Below are positions 20,286 through 30,309 of a stretch of DNA of 64,000 nt, in pieces; position 1 is the stretch's first letter, and each line of letters begins with the position of its first letter. The stretch covers positions 581,350 through 645,349 of the forward strand of contig CAWJFQ010000010.1 of the NCBI GenBank assembly GCA_963842215.1. Direction: 5' to 3'. Made by a program: the position numbers and the translations under genes. Under the pieces are notes generated by a model. The model ran no database searches. It was given only the letters and a program-made list of their open reading frames with translations, and had not been told where the DNA came from. Origin of the DNA: an uncultured delta proteobacterium (GTDB lineage: Bacteria; Desulfobacterota; Binatia; Binatales; Binataceae).

Positions 20286-21769
20286 AGTTCGAGGTCGGCT
20301 TTCTCGCGCTTCGAATCGACTCCGACAATCACACGGCCGGGTGAGTATCTGACCTCGATATTCTTAACCACACCGAAGTGGCTTCGATCCAGAGCATCGG
20401 CGACCCGCAAAATCGCGGCGAGGCCTCTGATCACACGGCGCTTGGCGGGACTGAGCGATTTCAAATCCGGCGAATCGAGTTTCGGGGCCTGCTTGCGATG
20501 CCCGCGAGCCGCCTGCGCGATAACCTCGATTTCGTCAGAGTCGAAGCCGAACAGCTCCGCATTCTTAATCAGGTAGTAAGAATGGCGATTGTGCCGGTCA
20601 TGATCAATCGCGTGGCCTATGTCGTGCAGTAAAGCCCCGAATTCAAGGAGTTCTCGCGAGGACTTGGGCAGGCCCAAAACAGGCGCAGTCGCGTCGAAGA
20701 ACTTGAGAGCAAGCCGCGCGACCTGCTTGCCGTGATCGTTGGCACCGGCGAATCGAGTCGCCAGGGCGTTGACCGAGCGGCGGCGGGCGTCCACCGCAGA
20801 GCGCGAATCGATCTTGTGTGCGAGGCCCAGCAGCACGCCCTCGCGCAGCGCCCAAGTGCATGCCACGAGCTCCGGTGCGCCGGATTTTTTCAAGATGAAA
20901 TTCACGAGCGTAGCCGCCGCGGGCATCAAGTCGACGCGCTTGGCGTCCATGCCGGGAAGATCGACGCGCAGCGCGGCGTTGGCCTCGACCAGATCGCGCG
21001 AGAGATCCGAAATTTCGCCGGCCGAAGCGCTCGCGCCATGCAGCCTGCCCAGCTCCTCGCCGCGCGACGATCGCGCCATCGCGACCAGAGTGTTGATGGT
21101 TCCCGAAGTTCCAATCGCGCGGACGACACCGGCGCGTTTTGCCTTTCGCATCAGCGGGCCGATCGCGCGCTCGAGATGCGCTTCGAGCCTGGTCAACTCC
21201 GCGCGCGAAGGCGGGTCGTCGACGAGAAATCTTTCCGCCAGCCGCGCTGCGCCCAGCTTCACACTACGCATCCAGAGTGGCTTGCCGTCGCGCACCAGCA
21301 CGAGTTCCACGCTGCCGCCGCCGACATCGACCAGCAGATGAGGACCGCCGTCAAGACCCAGTGCGTGATGCGCGGCCTGAAAGATCAGACGCGCTTCGTC
21401 GAGCCCGGAGATCACCTCAACCGTCAACCCCGTCTCGCGCTTGATGCGCCGGATGAATTCCGTACGATTGCGCGCCTCGCGCACCGCGCTGGTCGCGACT
21501 GCGCGCAGCCGGTCGACGCGGCGCACTCGTAGCAAGCGTTTGAAGTTCACCATCGCGCGCACCGCGAGGTCCATCGATTCCGTGGTGAGACGGCCGGTCG
21601 TGAACGAACGACGTCCGAGCCGCACCATCTCTTTGACACGGTCAACGACTTCGATGTGACCCTCGCGGCTCACGTCTGCCACGATCATGTGGACGGAATT
21701 GGATCCGACATCGATGGCTCCCAGTCGCATGCTTAGAAGGTAACGTCCCAGGCGCTCGATGTCATCCAT
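20216..21769 (-). CDS. ppx: Ppx/GppA exopolyphosphatase with HD domain
   Basis: AIDVGSNS, ATSAVREA, DVGGGSVE, ALREG, ALLHDIG, LRVADALD; GGAGG SD before ATG 21769 (alternative start 21730). Confidence 0.92.
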   Translation of the reverse strand: MDDIERLGRYLLSMRLGAIDVGSNSVHMIVADVSREGHIEVVDRVKEMVRLGRRSFTTGRLTTESMDLAVRAMVNFKRLLRVRRVDRLRAVATSAVREARNRTEFIRRIKRETGLTVEVISGLDEARLIFQAAHHALGLDGGPHLLVDVGGGSVELVLVRDGKPLWMRSVKLGAARLAERFLVDDPPSRAELTRLEAHLERAIGPLMRKAKRAGVVRAIGTSGTINTLVAMARSSRGEELGRLHGASASAGEISDLSRDLVEANAALRVDLPGMDAKRVDLMPAAATLVNFILKKSGAPELVACTWALREGVLLGLAHKIDSRSAVDARRRSVNALATRFAGANDHGKQVARLALKFFDATAPVLGLPKSSRELLEFGALLHDIGHAIDHDRHNRHSYYLIKNAELFGFDSDEIEVIAQAARGHRKQAPKLDSPDLKSLSPAKRRVIRGLAAILRVADALDRSHFGVVKNIEVRYSPGRVIVGVDSKREKADLELWTCERRTDLLSRLLDRQVVLQR

Positions 21770-21941
21770 GTAGCCTCCGCATCCGCACCGGCGCGACGAA
21801 GAAATCTCGCGCACTTCACCCCTGTTGATTAGAAGTGAGGCGCATTACGACCTGATGAACGCCCAGTGTCGAATTTGTTTTCGAGTATCTTCGGAAACTC
21901 GCTCAGTTTAATCTGGATCGAGTACCCGTAAGGACAGTTTT

Positions 21942-23546
21942 TTGGCAGCTGCAGCCTCAACCCCGATTGGAACCGACTTTCCCGAGTACGGCTCGTCGAG
22001 CCACAAATGGCTGATCGCGTTGGCCGTGATGCTGGGCACAACGCTCGAAGTCCTCGATACGTCGATCGTTAATGTCGCGCTGCCGCATATGCAGGGCAGC
22101 TTTTCGGCGAGCGTCGACGAGATCGCGTGGGTCCTTACCAGCTACCTCGTCGCCAACGGGATCATGATCCCGATGACCGGCTGGATCTCGTCGCGTTTCG
22201 GCCGCAAGCGGTACTTCCTGACGTCGGTCGCGGTTTTCGTGGCCGCCTCCGGCCTCTGCGGCGCCGCTCGATCGCTCGATCAGATGGTGCTCTTCAGATT
22301 GATACAGGGCGCAGCGGGTGCCGCGATGGTCCCGTCATCACAGGCGATCCTGATGGAAACGTTCCCGCCCAACGAGCAACAGCTCGCAATGGCAACGTGG
22401 GGAATGGGCCTGATGGTCGCGCCGATCATGGGTCCGACGCTCGGTGGATGGATCACCGACAACTGGAATTGGCGTTGGAATTTTTACATCAACTTGCCAA
22501 TCGGCGCCGCCGCGTTCCTGATGGTCTGGACGTTTGTCCACGATCCCGCATACATGCGGGTTCGCCGCGCTACCGCCGGCAAGACCGACTACACCGGCAT
22601 CATTCTGCTGGTCCTCGGGCTCGGCCTCGCACAGCTCGTGCTCGACCGCGGCCAGCGGGCAGACTGGTTCAGTTCGCCGTGGGTCGTTTACTGTACGATT
22701 TTTTCCGCGATCTGCATCGTTGCTCTGACGATCAACGAGCTGCGCATCAAAGAACCGATTCTCGATCTTTCAATTCTTGGGATTCCCGTGTTCACCATGT
22801 CCGTGATGCTGATGGTCGCCATGAGCTTCGCCCTGTTCGGCACCGGACTTCTGAATCCCATTTTTCTGCAGGAGCTGATGGGCTATAGCGCATGGAAGGC
22901 TGGCCTGGTGCTTGCGCCGCGAGGACTCGGCACGATGGCGGCCATGCTTATCGTCGGACAGTTGGCGCGCTACCGCTACGACACGCGTCCATTGATCGGC
23001 GTGGGCTTTGTCACGATGGCCATCGCGTTGTGGACGATGGCGGGATGGAACACTCAGGTCAGCATGTGGACGGTGACATGGCCCAGCCTCGTCATGGGGG
23101 TCGGGATGGGGATGATTTTTCCCACGCTGTCCGCCACTACACTTGCATGCGTGAGCCGCGAGCGCGTCGGCTACGCTGCGAGCCTCTACAATATGATGCG
23201 CAACACCGGGGCTGCGATCGGCATTTCCTACATGACGACGGTGCTGGTCGATCACGAGCAGACGCATCAGTCGTACCTTGGCGCTCATTTCACCGTCTTC
23301 GACGCGTGGAAGATGAGCGACGCGGCGCAGCTCACTCCAGGCGGACGCGGCTTTGACTATATTCCGCAAATACTCAGTGGCCAGAAGCAGGGGCTGGGCG
23401 AGGTATATGGAATGATCCAACGCCAGGCGATGATGCTGTCGTTCAACGACATCTATCGCACCCTGGCTATCGTAATGATGATTCTGATCCCGACCTTCTT
23501 GCTACTTCGCCGGGCGCAGCCCGCCGGCGGGATGGCTGCCCACTAG
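21942..23546 (+). CDS. DHA2 (EmrB/QacA) MFS efflux permease
   Basis: LDTSIVNVALP, SRFGRKR, GPTLGGWITDNWNWRWNFYINLPIG. Confidence 0.92.
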   Translation: MAAAASTPIGTDFPEYGSSSHKWLIALAVMLGTTLEVLDTSIVNVALPHMQGSFSASVDEIAWVLTSYLVANGIMIPMTGWISSRFGRKRYFLTSVAVFVAASGLCGAARSLDQMVLFRLIQGAAGAAMVPSSQAILMETFPPNEQQLAMATWGMGLMVAPIMGPTLGGWITDNWNWRWNFYINLPIGAAAFLMVWTFVHDPAYMRVRRATAGKTDYTGIILLVLGLGLAQLVLDRGQRADWFSSPWVVYCTIFSAICIVALTINELRIKEPILDLSILGIPVFTMSVMLMVAMSFALFGTGLLNPIFLQELMGYSAWKAGLVLAPRGLGTMAAMLIVGQLARYRYDTRPLIGVGFVTMAIALWTMAGWNTQVSMWTVTWPSLVMGVGMGMIFPTLSATTLACVSRERVGYAASLYNMMRNTGAAIGISYMTTVLVDHEQTHQSYLGAHFTVFDAWKMSDAAQLTPGGRGFDYIPQILSGQKQGLGEVYGMIQRQAMMLSFNDIYRTLAIVMMILIPTFLLLRRAQPAGGMAAH

Positions 23547-24067
23547 TACTTCAACTTCGTGAGCACTCGCTCGAACACTTCCAGTGATGCACGATCGAAC
23601 AGCACAAAGTCGATGCGTTCGAGCGTCGTCGGATTCTCGAGATGCGCGCGAACTTCCTCGAGCATCACCTGAGCGCATCGCTCGATTGGAAAACCCGCGA
23701 TGCCGGTGCCAATCGCTGGAAATGCAATCGTCTTGAGCGAGTTCTCGTTGGCGCGCTTCAACGAGTTGCGGGTGGCGGCGCGTAAATTCATCTCCGACGT
23801 CGATTCTCCCAGCCGCATGCTGGCCGCGTGAATCACGTGCCGCGCACGAAGCTGGCCCGCGCCCGTGATCGCCGCCTCGCCCACTGCTATCGGCCCAATT
23901 CTGTCGCATTCATGCTGAATCGCCGGACCACCCTTGACGCGAATCGCGCCTGCTACACCGCCACCCAGCATCAGCTCGTTGTTTGCCGCATTAACGATCG
24001 CGTCCGCATCCGCGTCGGTGAGGTCGCCCTTGCGCATCGTGATTTTCGCCCACCACTGTTTGCTCAT
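23543..24067 (-). CDS. Macro domain protein (YmdB-like ADP-ribosyl hydrolase)
   Basis: GDLT, IVNAAN, GGGVAGAI, FPAIGTGIAGFP. Confidence 0.92.
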   Translation of the reverse strand: MSKQWWAKITMRKGDLTDADADAIVNAANNELMLGGGVAGAIRVKGGPAIQHECDRIGPIAVGEAAITGAGQLRARHVIHAASMRLGESTSEMNLRAATRNSLKRANENSLKTIAFPAIGTGIAGFPIERCAQVMLEEVRAHLENPTTLERIDFVLFDRASLEVFERVLTKLKY

Positions 24068-24111
24068 CGTCGTGTTATTATCGCGCCAATCGCGGATAAG
24101 CGAAAACGCGC

Positions 24112-25692
24112 GTGCTCAGGGTGTGGATCAGCGAGAAAACTTCCCGTTTGCGACTAGTCGCGCAGGTTGCCGCGGCGATACTCGTGCTTGCGGGATGCGA
24201 TGGCGGTCGCACCGGTCGCCCCGGCACGATCCAGGTCGATATCGAAATCTCGCCGACTTCGACCGACCCGCGCTTCGCGACCGACGCGACTTCTTCGCGA
24301 ATCAACGAACTCATTTTCGATTCGCTGGTGAAAACCGATCGCGACGGCCAGTTCGTCGGACATCTTGCCAGCAGCATCGAGCGTCCAACCCCGACGGAAA
24401 TTATCTTTCATCTTAAGCACGGTGTGCGCTTCAGCGACGGACACGAATTGACGGCGCGCGATGTGCTATTCACCTACGATTCGATTCTCGCACCCGAATC
24501 GATGTCGCCAAAACGCGCAAGCCTCGACGCGTTGAAGTCAATCGATGCGCTCGACGACTACACGCTTGCCATGACCACCGCGCGTCCATATGCGCCCGCT
24601 CTTGAGATGGCGACGGAAGGTATCGTACCGGTAGGAACCCCGCTGCCCTCGAAAGCAGACACGGTCGCACCCATCGGCAGCGGTCCTTTTCGGATGGTCG
24701 ACTATGTGCGCGATGAAGCCGTTCGCCTCGAACGCAATACGTACTATCCGCATCAGTCGGATACGCCGCAATCGATCCTCTTCAAGATCGTTCCCGACCC
24801 CACGGTACGCGCGCTCGAATTGGCAGAGGGCGTTTGCGATTTTTCGGGAAATAATATTGAGTACGACGTGCTGCCGTGGCTCGCCGCGCACGAGTCATTG
24901 GAACTCAGCAAGACCCCGGGTAGCACCTACCGATATTTGTCTTTCAACTTTCGCGATCCTCGGCTGCGCGACCTGCGGGTGCGACGCGCGATTGCCTATT
25001 CGATCGATCGCAATACTATCGTCAATGACATGTTGCGCGGGACTGGTCGAATAGCTACTGGCATGCTGTCGCCCGAGAATTGGGCATATGACGGCAACGT
25101 CACTACCTATTCCTACGATCCGGAAAAGGCGCGCCATCTACTCGACGAGGCTGGCTACCCCGCCGCAAACAGTGGCATGCGCGGGTTGCGATTCGAGTAC
25201 AAGACTACTCCCGAGGGCGCACGCATGGGCGAAGTGTTTCAAGCGATGCTTCAGCAAGTGGGAATCGATCTGACTATTCGAACGCTCGACTTCGCTACCT
25301 ACTATGCTGACGTACAGTCGGGAAGCTTCGATCTGACTTCGCTCCAGTGGGTGGGCGTCAACGATCCAAATTTCTACTACATGGTATTCGATTCGAAGAA
25401 GACGCCACCGCATGGACAAAATCGAAGTTACTATTCCGACCCCGCCATGGATCGTCTAGTTGAAGCCGGTACCGCTGACGTTGATGTTGATACGCGAAAG
25501 AAAATCTACGGCCAGGTGCAGCAGCTTGCGGCTGAAGACCTTCCTTACGTATCGCTGTGGTGGGTCGACAATGTGGCCGTGATGAACCGCCGTCTGGTTG
25601 GCTTCGACGCCTATCCCAACGGCAGCTTCCGATCGCTCGCAACGCTGACGCTCCTGGGTCCGGACGGCGGAGAGCCGTCGCAAAAGCAGTGA
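24112..25692 (+). CDS. Peptide/nickel ABC transporter substrate-binding lipoprotein (family 5)
   Basis: LAGC lipobox, GVRFSDG...TARDV, IGSGPF, VRRAIAYSIDR. Confidence 0.92.
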   Translation: MLRVWISEKTSRLRLVAQVAAAILVLAGCDGGRTGRPGTIQVDIEISPTSTDPRFATDATSSRINELIFDSLVKTDRDGQFVGHLASSIERPTPTEIIFHLKHGVRFSDGHELTARDVLFTYDSILAPESMSPKRASLDALKSIDALDDYTLAMTTARPYAPALEMATEGIVPVGTPLPSKADTVAPIGSGPFRMVDYVRDEAVRLERNTYYPHQSDTPQSILFKIVPDPTVRALELAEGVCDFSGNNIEYDVLPWLAAHESLELSKTPGSTYRYLSFNFRDPRLRDLRVRRAIAYSIDRNTIVNDMLRGTGRIATGMLSPENWAYDGNVTTYSYDPEKARHLLDEAGYPAANSGMRGLRFEYKTTPEGARMGEVFQAMLQQVGIDLTIRTLDFATYYADVQSGSFDLTSLQWVGVNDPNFYYMVFDSKKTPPHGQNRSYYSDPAMDRLVEAGTADVDVDTRKKIYGQVQQLAAEDLPYVSLWWVDNVAVMNRRLVGFDAYPNGSFRSLATLTLLGPDGGEPSQKQ

Positions 25693-26609
25693 AAAATTAC
25701 CTGGTCCGGCGCCTCCTCGCGCTTGCGCCGGTCGCGCTGGGCGTGGCGAGCCTGACCTTTGCGATCATCCATCTGGTGCCGGGCGATCCGGTGATTGCGA
25801 TGCTGGGTGAGACCGCGGCACCGATCGACATCGTTGGGATGCGCCATCAGCTCGGCCTCGATCGTCCGCTCCTGGAGCAATACCTCGCGTATCTCGGTGG
25901 GCTCGCAGTGGGTGATATGGGCGAGTCAATTTCATATCGTCGGCCGGTTTCGCAGCTCATCGCCGAACGCTTTCCGGCGACGATCGAGCTCGCCGCTGTT
26001 GGGATGTTGGTCGCTGTGTTGATCGCATTCCCACTTGGCATCATCGCGGGTTCGAATCCCGGCCACGCCGGCGATCTCGGCGCGATGGGATTTGCGATCA
26101 TCGGTATTTCGATTCCCCACATCTACCTGGGCCCGTTGCTGATGATTCTGTTTTCGCTCGATCTCCGATGGCTGCCGCTGACCGGCCGCGGCGGTATCTC
26201 GCACCTCGTTCTGCCCGCTCTAACTCTTGGCACTGCGCTGGCCGCAATTCTCGCGCGCATGTTGCGTCAGAGCCTGATTCGCGTACGCGAGAGCGACTAT
26301 ATGCGCACTGCCCTCAGCAAAGGACTTACCAGGCGCTCGGCGCTTGTTCGCCACGGCCTCAAGAACGCGCTCACCTCAGTCGTGACCATCATCGGTCTTC
26401 AGATGGGCGCGCTGTTAAGCGGAACACTCATCACGGAAATCATATTTTCCTGGCCCGGTATCGGCCGCCTGCTGATCAGCGCGATCGGGGCACGCGACTA
26501 CCCAGTCGTCGAAGGATGCGTACTCACATTCGCGATGACCTACGTTGTCCTAAACCTGGCGACGGATTTGGTTTATGCAGTGATAGATCCCCGGGTGAGA
26601 ATCTCCTGA
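25689..26609 (+). CDS. Peptide ABC transporter permease (DppB-like)
   Basis: HLVPGDP, LGLDRP, DYMRTALSKG, EIIFSWPGIG, IDPRVR; GTG start overlaps the upstream stop. Confidence 0.92.
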   Translation: MKNYLVRRLLALAPVALGVASLTFAIIHLVPGDPVIAMLGETAAPIDIVGMRHQLGLDRPLLEQYLAYLGGLAVGDMGESISYRRPVSQLIAERFPATIELAAVGMLVAVLIAFPLGIIAGSNPGHAGDLGAMGFAIIGISIPHIYLGPLLMILFSLDLRWLPLTGRGGISHLVLPALTLGTALAAILARMLRQSLIRVRESDYMRTALSKGLTRRSALVRHGLKNALTSVVTIIGLQMGALLSGTLITEIIFSWPGIGRLLISAIGARDYPVVEGCVLTFAMTYVVLNLATDLVYAVIDPRVRIS

Positions 26610-26611
26610 TC

Positions 26612-27418
26612 ATGGGGGTTCGCAATCTATCGCTGGCTATTGGAGTTACTATCGTTGTAGCTATTGTCACCGCTACAGTTCTGGGTCCGCTAGTGTTTCG
26701 CGTCGATCCCCTGTCCATTGATCTGGCTAATACTCTCGCGCCGCCCAGCCGTGCGCATCCGTTCGGTTGCGACTCGCTAGGCCGTGACGTACTCGCCCGG
26801 ATATTGTGGGGAGCTCGACTCTCGCTCTCGATTTCGACCGTGGTCGTTGCGTTCTCGATAGTCGTCGGCAGCCTGATTGGCGCGACCGCAGCGCTGTCCG
26901 GCGGTCGAATCGACAACCTCATGATGCGCGGCGTCGATATCGTTCTGGCCTTCCCGGGAATCCTGCTCGCGATCGCGCTCGCGGCGATTCTCGGACCCGG
27001 TCTGATCGATCTCGCGATCGCCCTGACAGCCATGGGATGGACCGGCTATGCGCGCATCGTGCGCGCGGAAGTACTGAGCTTGCGCGAGCGCGATTACATT
27101 CTCGCCGCCGAGAGCCTGGGCGCCGGCCGGACTCGCCTGCTGATGCACCATCTACTGCCCGGCGTGGTGGGTCCGCTTGCGGTGCAGGCGACGTTCGGTA
27201 TCGGCGGAATCATCGGCGCTGAAGCCGCGCTCTCATTCCTCGGCCTGGGCGCGCTGCCGCCAACTCCGAGTTGGGGCAACATGCTCGACGCCGGCCGCGC
27301 CTTCCTGCTCGTTGCGCCGCATCTTACAACCGCGCCCGGACTCGCGATCGGGCTTTCGATTCTTGGTTTCAACCTTCTCGGCGACGGCATCGCACAGAAG
27401 GTAGGACATCGCGCTTGA
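26612..27418 (+). CDS. Peptide ABC transporter permease (DppC-like)
   Basis: HPFGCDSLGRD, ARIVRAEVL, LSFLGLG, SWGNML, FNLLGD. Confidence 0.92.
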   Translation: MGVRNLSLAIGVTIVVAIVTATVLGPLVFRVDPLSIDLANTLAPPSRAHPFGCDSLGRDVLARILWGARLSLSISTVVVAFSIVVGSLIGATAALSGGRIDNLMMRGVDIVLAFPGILLAIALAAILGPGLIDLAIALTAMGWTGYARIVRAEVLSLRERDYILAAESLGAGRTRLLMHHLLPGVVGPLAVQATFGIGGIIGAEAALSFLGLGALPPTPSWGNMLDAGRAFLLVAPHLTTAPGLAIGLSILGFNLLGDGIAQKVGHRA

Positions 27419-27575
27419 CGGTCGTCGCCTCGAGCGCTCGGCGTGCGAAACGCGGAGCTTTCGTGATACTCGTTCTGATCGGGAAGCGAGCGCACGCAAT
27501 GGTGAGAATCGAACCCGCCGAACTGGTGCGGCGTTTGACGGCTTTTGTCGGTACGGAAGGCAGGTACTTACGGTC

Positions 27576-27614
27576 GTGCACCATAGAGTAAATTCGCTGT
27601 GCACCAAAGAGTAA
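27576..27614. repeat. 16-bp direct repeat with 23-bp period, upstream of the 27630 gene
   Basis: GTGCACCATAGAGTAA (27576-91) and GTGCACCAAAGAGTAA (27599-614), 15/16 identical. Confidence 0.75.
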
Positions 27615-27629
27615 TAGGAGAACTGACTA

Positions 27630-28649
27630 ATGCCTGAAACGAAAGTAGTACTGCTCGAACAAGACGACCTGATGCACTCCAACACCGGCGAGTCGAACTT
27701 CAACGAGAGCGCATACTACAATTTCTTCGACCGTAGTCAGCGGCTCGGCGGCTTCATCCGACTGGGCAATCGAGCGAACGAAGGCTACGCCGAGATGACT
27801 ATATGCCTTTACCTGCCGGATGGGACCGTCGGCTTCATGTTCCAACGGCCCGAGATCAAGAACAACGACGCTCACGATGCCGGAGGTGCAAAGTTCGAAG
27901 TGGTGAAACCTTTTGAGCGCCATCGCGTCAGCTACCACGGCAAGGTATGCATCCTGAAGAATCCGCTCGAGATGGCTGATCCGGCCAGGGCGTTCAAAAA
28001 TAATCCATACTCGAAAGCGTCGCTCGAGCTTGACTATGTAGCCGTTTCGCCGGGATGGGGCGGCGAGCTGCGCGAGAAAATTGGAGATCAGTGGGTCTCC
28101 CCAAAAGCATCCGGCGATCCAGAGGCTCAGTTCGCCAAGGGCCACTTGGAGCAGCTTGGCCACGCAACCGGAAGGCTGGTGTTGACGGCTGACGGCAAGG
28201 ACCGTGAGTTCAAAATCGATGGGCTCGGCTTGCGCGACCACAGCTGGGGACCGCGCTATTGGCAGGCGCCGAAGTTTTACCGATGGCTGACGATGAACTT
28301 CGACCGGGATCTCGGTGCGATGGCCACGATCACCGTGAATCGCGACGGAAGCGAACGCCCGGGAGGATTCGTCGCGCGTAAAGGCAAGCCGTTTCAGAAT
28401 ATCGTGAAGGTCGATGTTCAGACCGAGTTCGCCGGCGAACAGCAGCTACACGACAAGATCAAGGTAAACTGTCAGACCGCGGACGGTGGAGCGCCAATAG
28501 TCATTACCGGCAAAGTGCTATCTATGATTCCGTTGCGCAACCGTCGCGCGGGCATAGTCACTCGCATCGCAGAAGGTATGACCGAGTGGAATTGGGACGG
28601 CAAGATTGGCTATGGGCTTTCCGAGTACCTGGATCATTTCGATGACTAA
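27630..28649 (+). CDS. Hypothetical protein, AttH/tocopherol-cyclase-like beta fold
   Basis: NESAYYNF, HLEQLG, GLRDHSWGPR, GYGLSEY; AGGAG SD. Confidence 0.6.
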   Translation: MPETKVVLLEQDDLMHSNTGESNFNESAYYNFFDRSQRLGGFIRLGNRANEGYAEMTICLYLPDGTVGFMFQRPEIKNNDAHDAGGAKFEVVKPFERHRVSYHGKVCILKNPLEMADPARAFKNNPYSKASLELDYVAVSPGWGGELREKIGDQWVSPKASGDPEAQFAKGHLEQLGHATGRLVLTADGKDREFKIDGLGLRDHSWGPRYWQAPKFYRWLTMNFDRDLGAMATITVNRDGSERPGGFVARKGKPFQNIVKVDVQTEFAGEQQLHDKIKVNCQTADGGAPIVITGKVLSMIPLRNRRAGIVTRIAEGMTEWNWDGKIGYGLSEYLDHFDD

Positions 28650-28656
28650 ATCTCAG

Positions 28657-29691
28657 TCATCGAGCTTGCTTTAGCGCGCGCAAACTCTCCGTGTAAGGGG
28701 GATATGCGACGCCGCGTTCGGTAATAATTGCAGTCACCAGCTCGGCGGGCGTGACGTCGAACGCGGGGTTGAACGTATGGATGCCCTTCGGCGCGATCTG
28801 CTTGCCGGCATACTCCGTGAGCTCGCGGCCTGAGCGCTCTTCGATCGGGATCGCTGCGCCGTTGGGACATTCGAGATCAATCGACGACAATGGCGCCGCG
28901 ACATAAAACGGCACGCCATGTCGCCGCGCCATCACTGCCAGCGGGTAAGTGCCGATTTTGTTTGCTACGTCGCCGTTGGCCGCGGTGCGATCGGTTCCCA
29001 CCACTACGCAATCAATCTTGTTCTGCGACAGCACCGTGGCCGCCATGTTGTCGGCGATGACCGTCACCGGTATCCGATCTTTGTGGAGCTCCCACGCGGT
29101 AAGCCGCGAACCCTGCAAGAATGGCCGTGTCTCGTCAGCGAACACCTGGATTTTCTTTCCCGCGTCGCGAGCGGCTCGCACCACGCCGAGCGCCGTTCCG
29201 TAACCTGCGGTCGCCAGCGCGCCGGCGTTGCAATGTGTCAACACGGTAGCGGGATCTCCGATGAGTTCGGCACCGAATTTGCCCATCGCCCGGTTCGCCG
29301 CAAGGTCTTCCGTGTAAACCGCAATCGCCTCTTCGCGCATGCGCTGAAATAACTCTGCCGAGTTGAGCGAAGTGCTTTCTTCCAGCACTCGTCCCATTCG
29401 ATCCACCGCCCACGCCAGGTTTATTGCTGTCGGCCGTGTGGCTTTGAGAGCCTTCGCGACGGTGGCGAACCGTTTTTGCGCCTTCGCGCCCGCGGTGCCC
29501 TTGATGCCCAGTGCAACGCCCATGGCGGCCGCGACCCCGATCGCCGGCGCGCCGCGTATCACCATCGTGCGGATCGCTTCGGCGACGCCGCGGTAGTCAC
29601 GATAAGTTCGAATCACCTCGCGTGCCGGCAGCAGCCTCTGATCGATCATGCGGACAGTATCCGCCCGCCATTCAATCGTCATCACTGCCAT
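28657..29691 (-). CDS. mtnA: Methylthioribose-1-phosphate isomerase
   Basis: IRGAPAIG, LTHCNAGALAT, DETRPFLQG, ANKIGTY, NPAFDVTP. Confidence 0.95.
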   Translation of the reverse strand: MAVMTIEWRADTVRMIDQRLLPAREVIRTYRDYRGVAEAIRTMVIRGAPAIGVAAAMGVALGIKGTAGAKAQKRFATVAKALKATRPTAINLAWAVDRMGRVLEESTSLNSAELFQRMREEAIAVYTEDLAANRAMGKFGAELIGDPATVLTHCNAGALATAGYGTALGVVRAARDAGKKIQVFADETRPFLQGSRLTAWELHKDRIPVTVIADNMAATVLSQNKIDCVVVGTDRTAANGDVANKIGTYPLAVMARRHGVPFYVAAPLSSIDLECPNGAAIPIEERSGRELTEYAGKQIAPKGIHTFNPAFDVTPAELVTAIITERGVAYPPYTESLRALKQAR

Positions 29692-29851
29692 GTAATCTTG
29701 CTCTTTCGCTCGCGACTGAGGTTTCGAAAGATTATAGCAATTCTGTACTGAAGAACTGAGCGATAGAAATACGGCGCCGGCGATAATTCGCTGCGCCGCC
29801 CACTATACTCATCGCGCGATACCGCATGCCTAATGGGGGTGCGAACTTCGG

Positions 29852-30235
29852 CTAGACTCTTTCGTATACTCCGCGCGCCTTTCGCTTTGCAGCTCCCGCA
29901 TCGATCCATCGCGTGATTGCTGCAAAAATTTCCGATGGTCGCTTCCCCTTCAGTCCCCGCACGTCGCGCACGTCCGACGCTTTAAACTGTTTCGGGAGTG
30001 CCGAAAGTACGGTACGCCAGTTGACTCGGCCGCGCGGTCCGCTGCTGACCGCTTTGGTTCCGCGCGCTCCATTACCGATCAACGATGCCAGCCGCGCTTC
30101 TTCTTGTTTGAGTTTGCTCAGTATCGACTCTTTGGCGCGAATATCCTTGCGGAGATTCAATAGCAAGGTGCGCGCCTGCTGCTGTACTTGTTGAAAGGCG
30201 GAGGCACCTCCGCGAGAAGCTTTCTTACGTGGCAT
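29852..30235 (-). CDS. Small basic protein with coiled coil and putative winged-helix C-terminus
   Basis: 127 aa, Lys/Arg-rich; heptad region LLNLRKDIRAKESILSKLKQEEARL; ends AITRWIDAGAAKRKARGVY; AAGGAG SD. Confidence 0.7.
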   Translation of the reverse strand: MPRKKASRGGASAFQQVQQQARTLLLNLRKDIRAKESILSKLKQEEARLASLIGNGARGTKAVSSGPRGRVNWRTVLSALPKQFKASDVRDVRGLKGKRPSEIFAAITRWIDAGAAKRKARGVYERV

Positions 30236-30266
30236 TTAGCTATTTCTCCTTTCGCCGAATGGTCAG

Positions 30267-30309
30267 TCAAATCTACTTTGACGATACACAATCAAATCTA
30301 CGTCTACAA
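30267..30309 (-). promoter_or_regulatory. Putative sigma70 promoter with overlapping GTAGATTTGA direct repeats
   Basis: TTGTAG(30309-304)-N17-TATCGT(30286-281); exact 10-mer repeats at 30267-76 and 30292-301. Confidence 0.5.
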
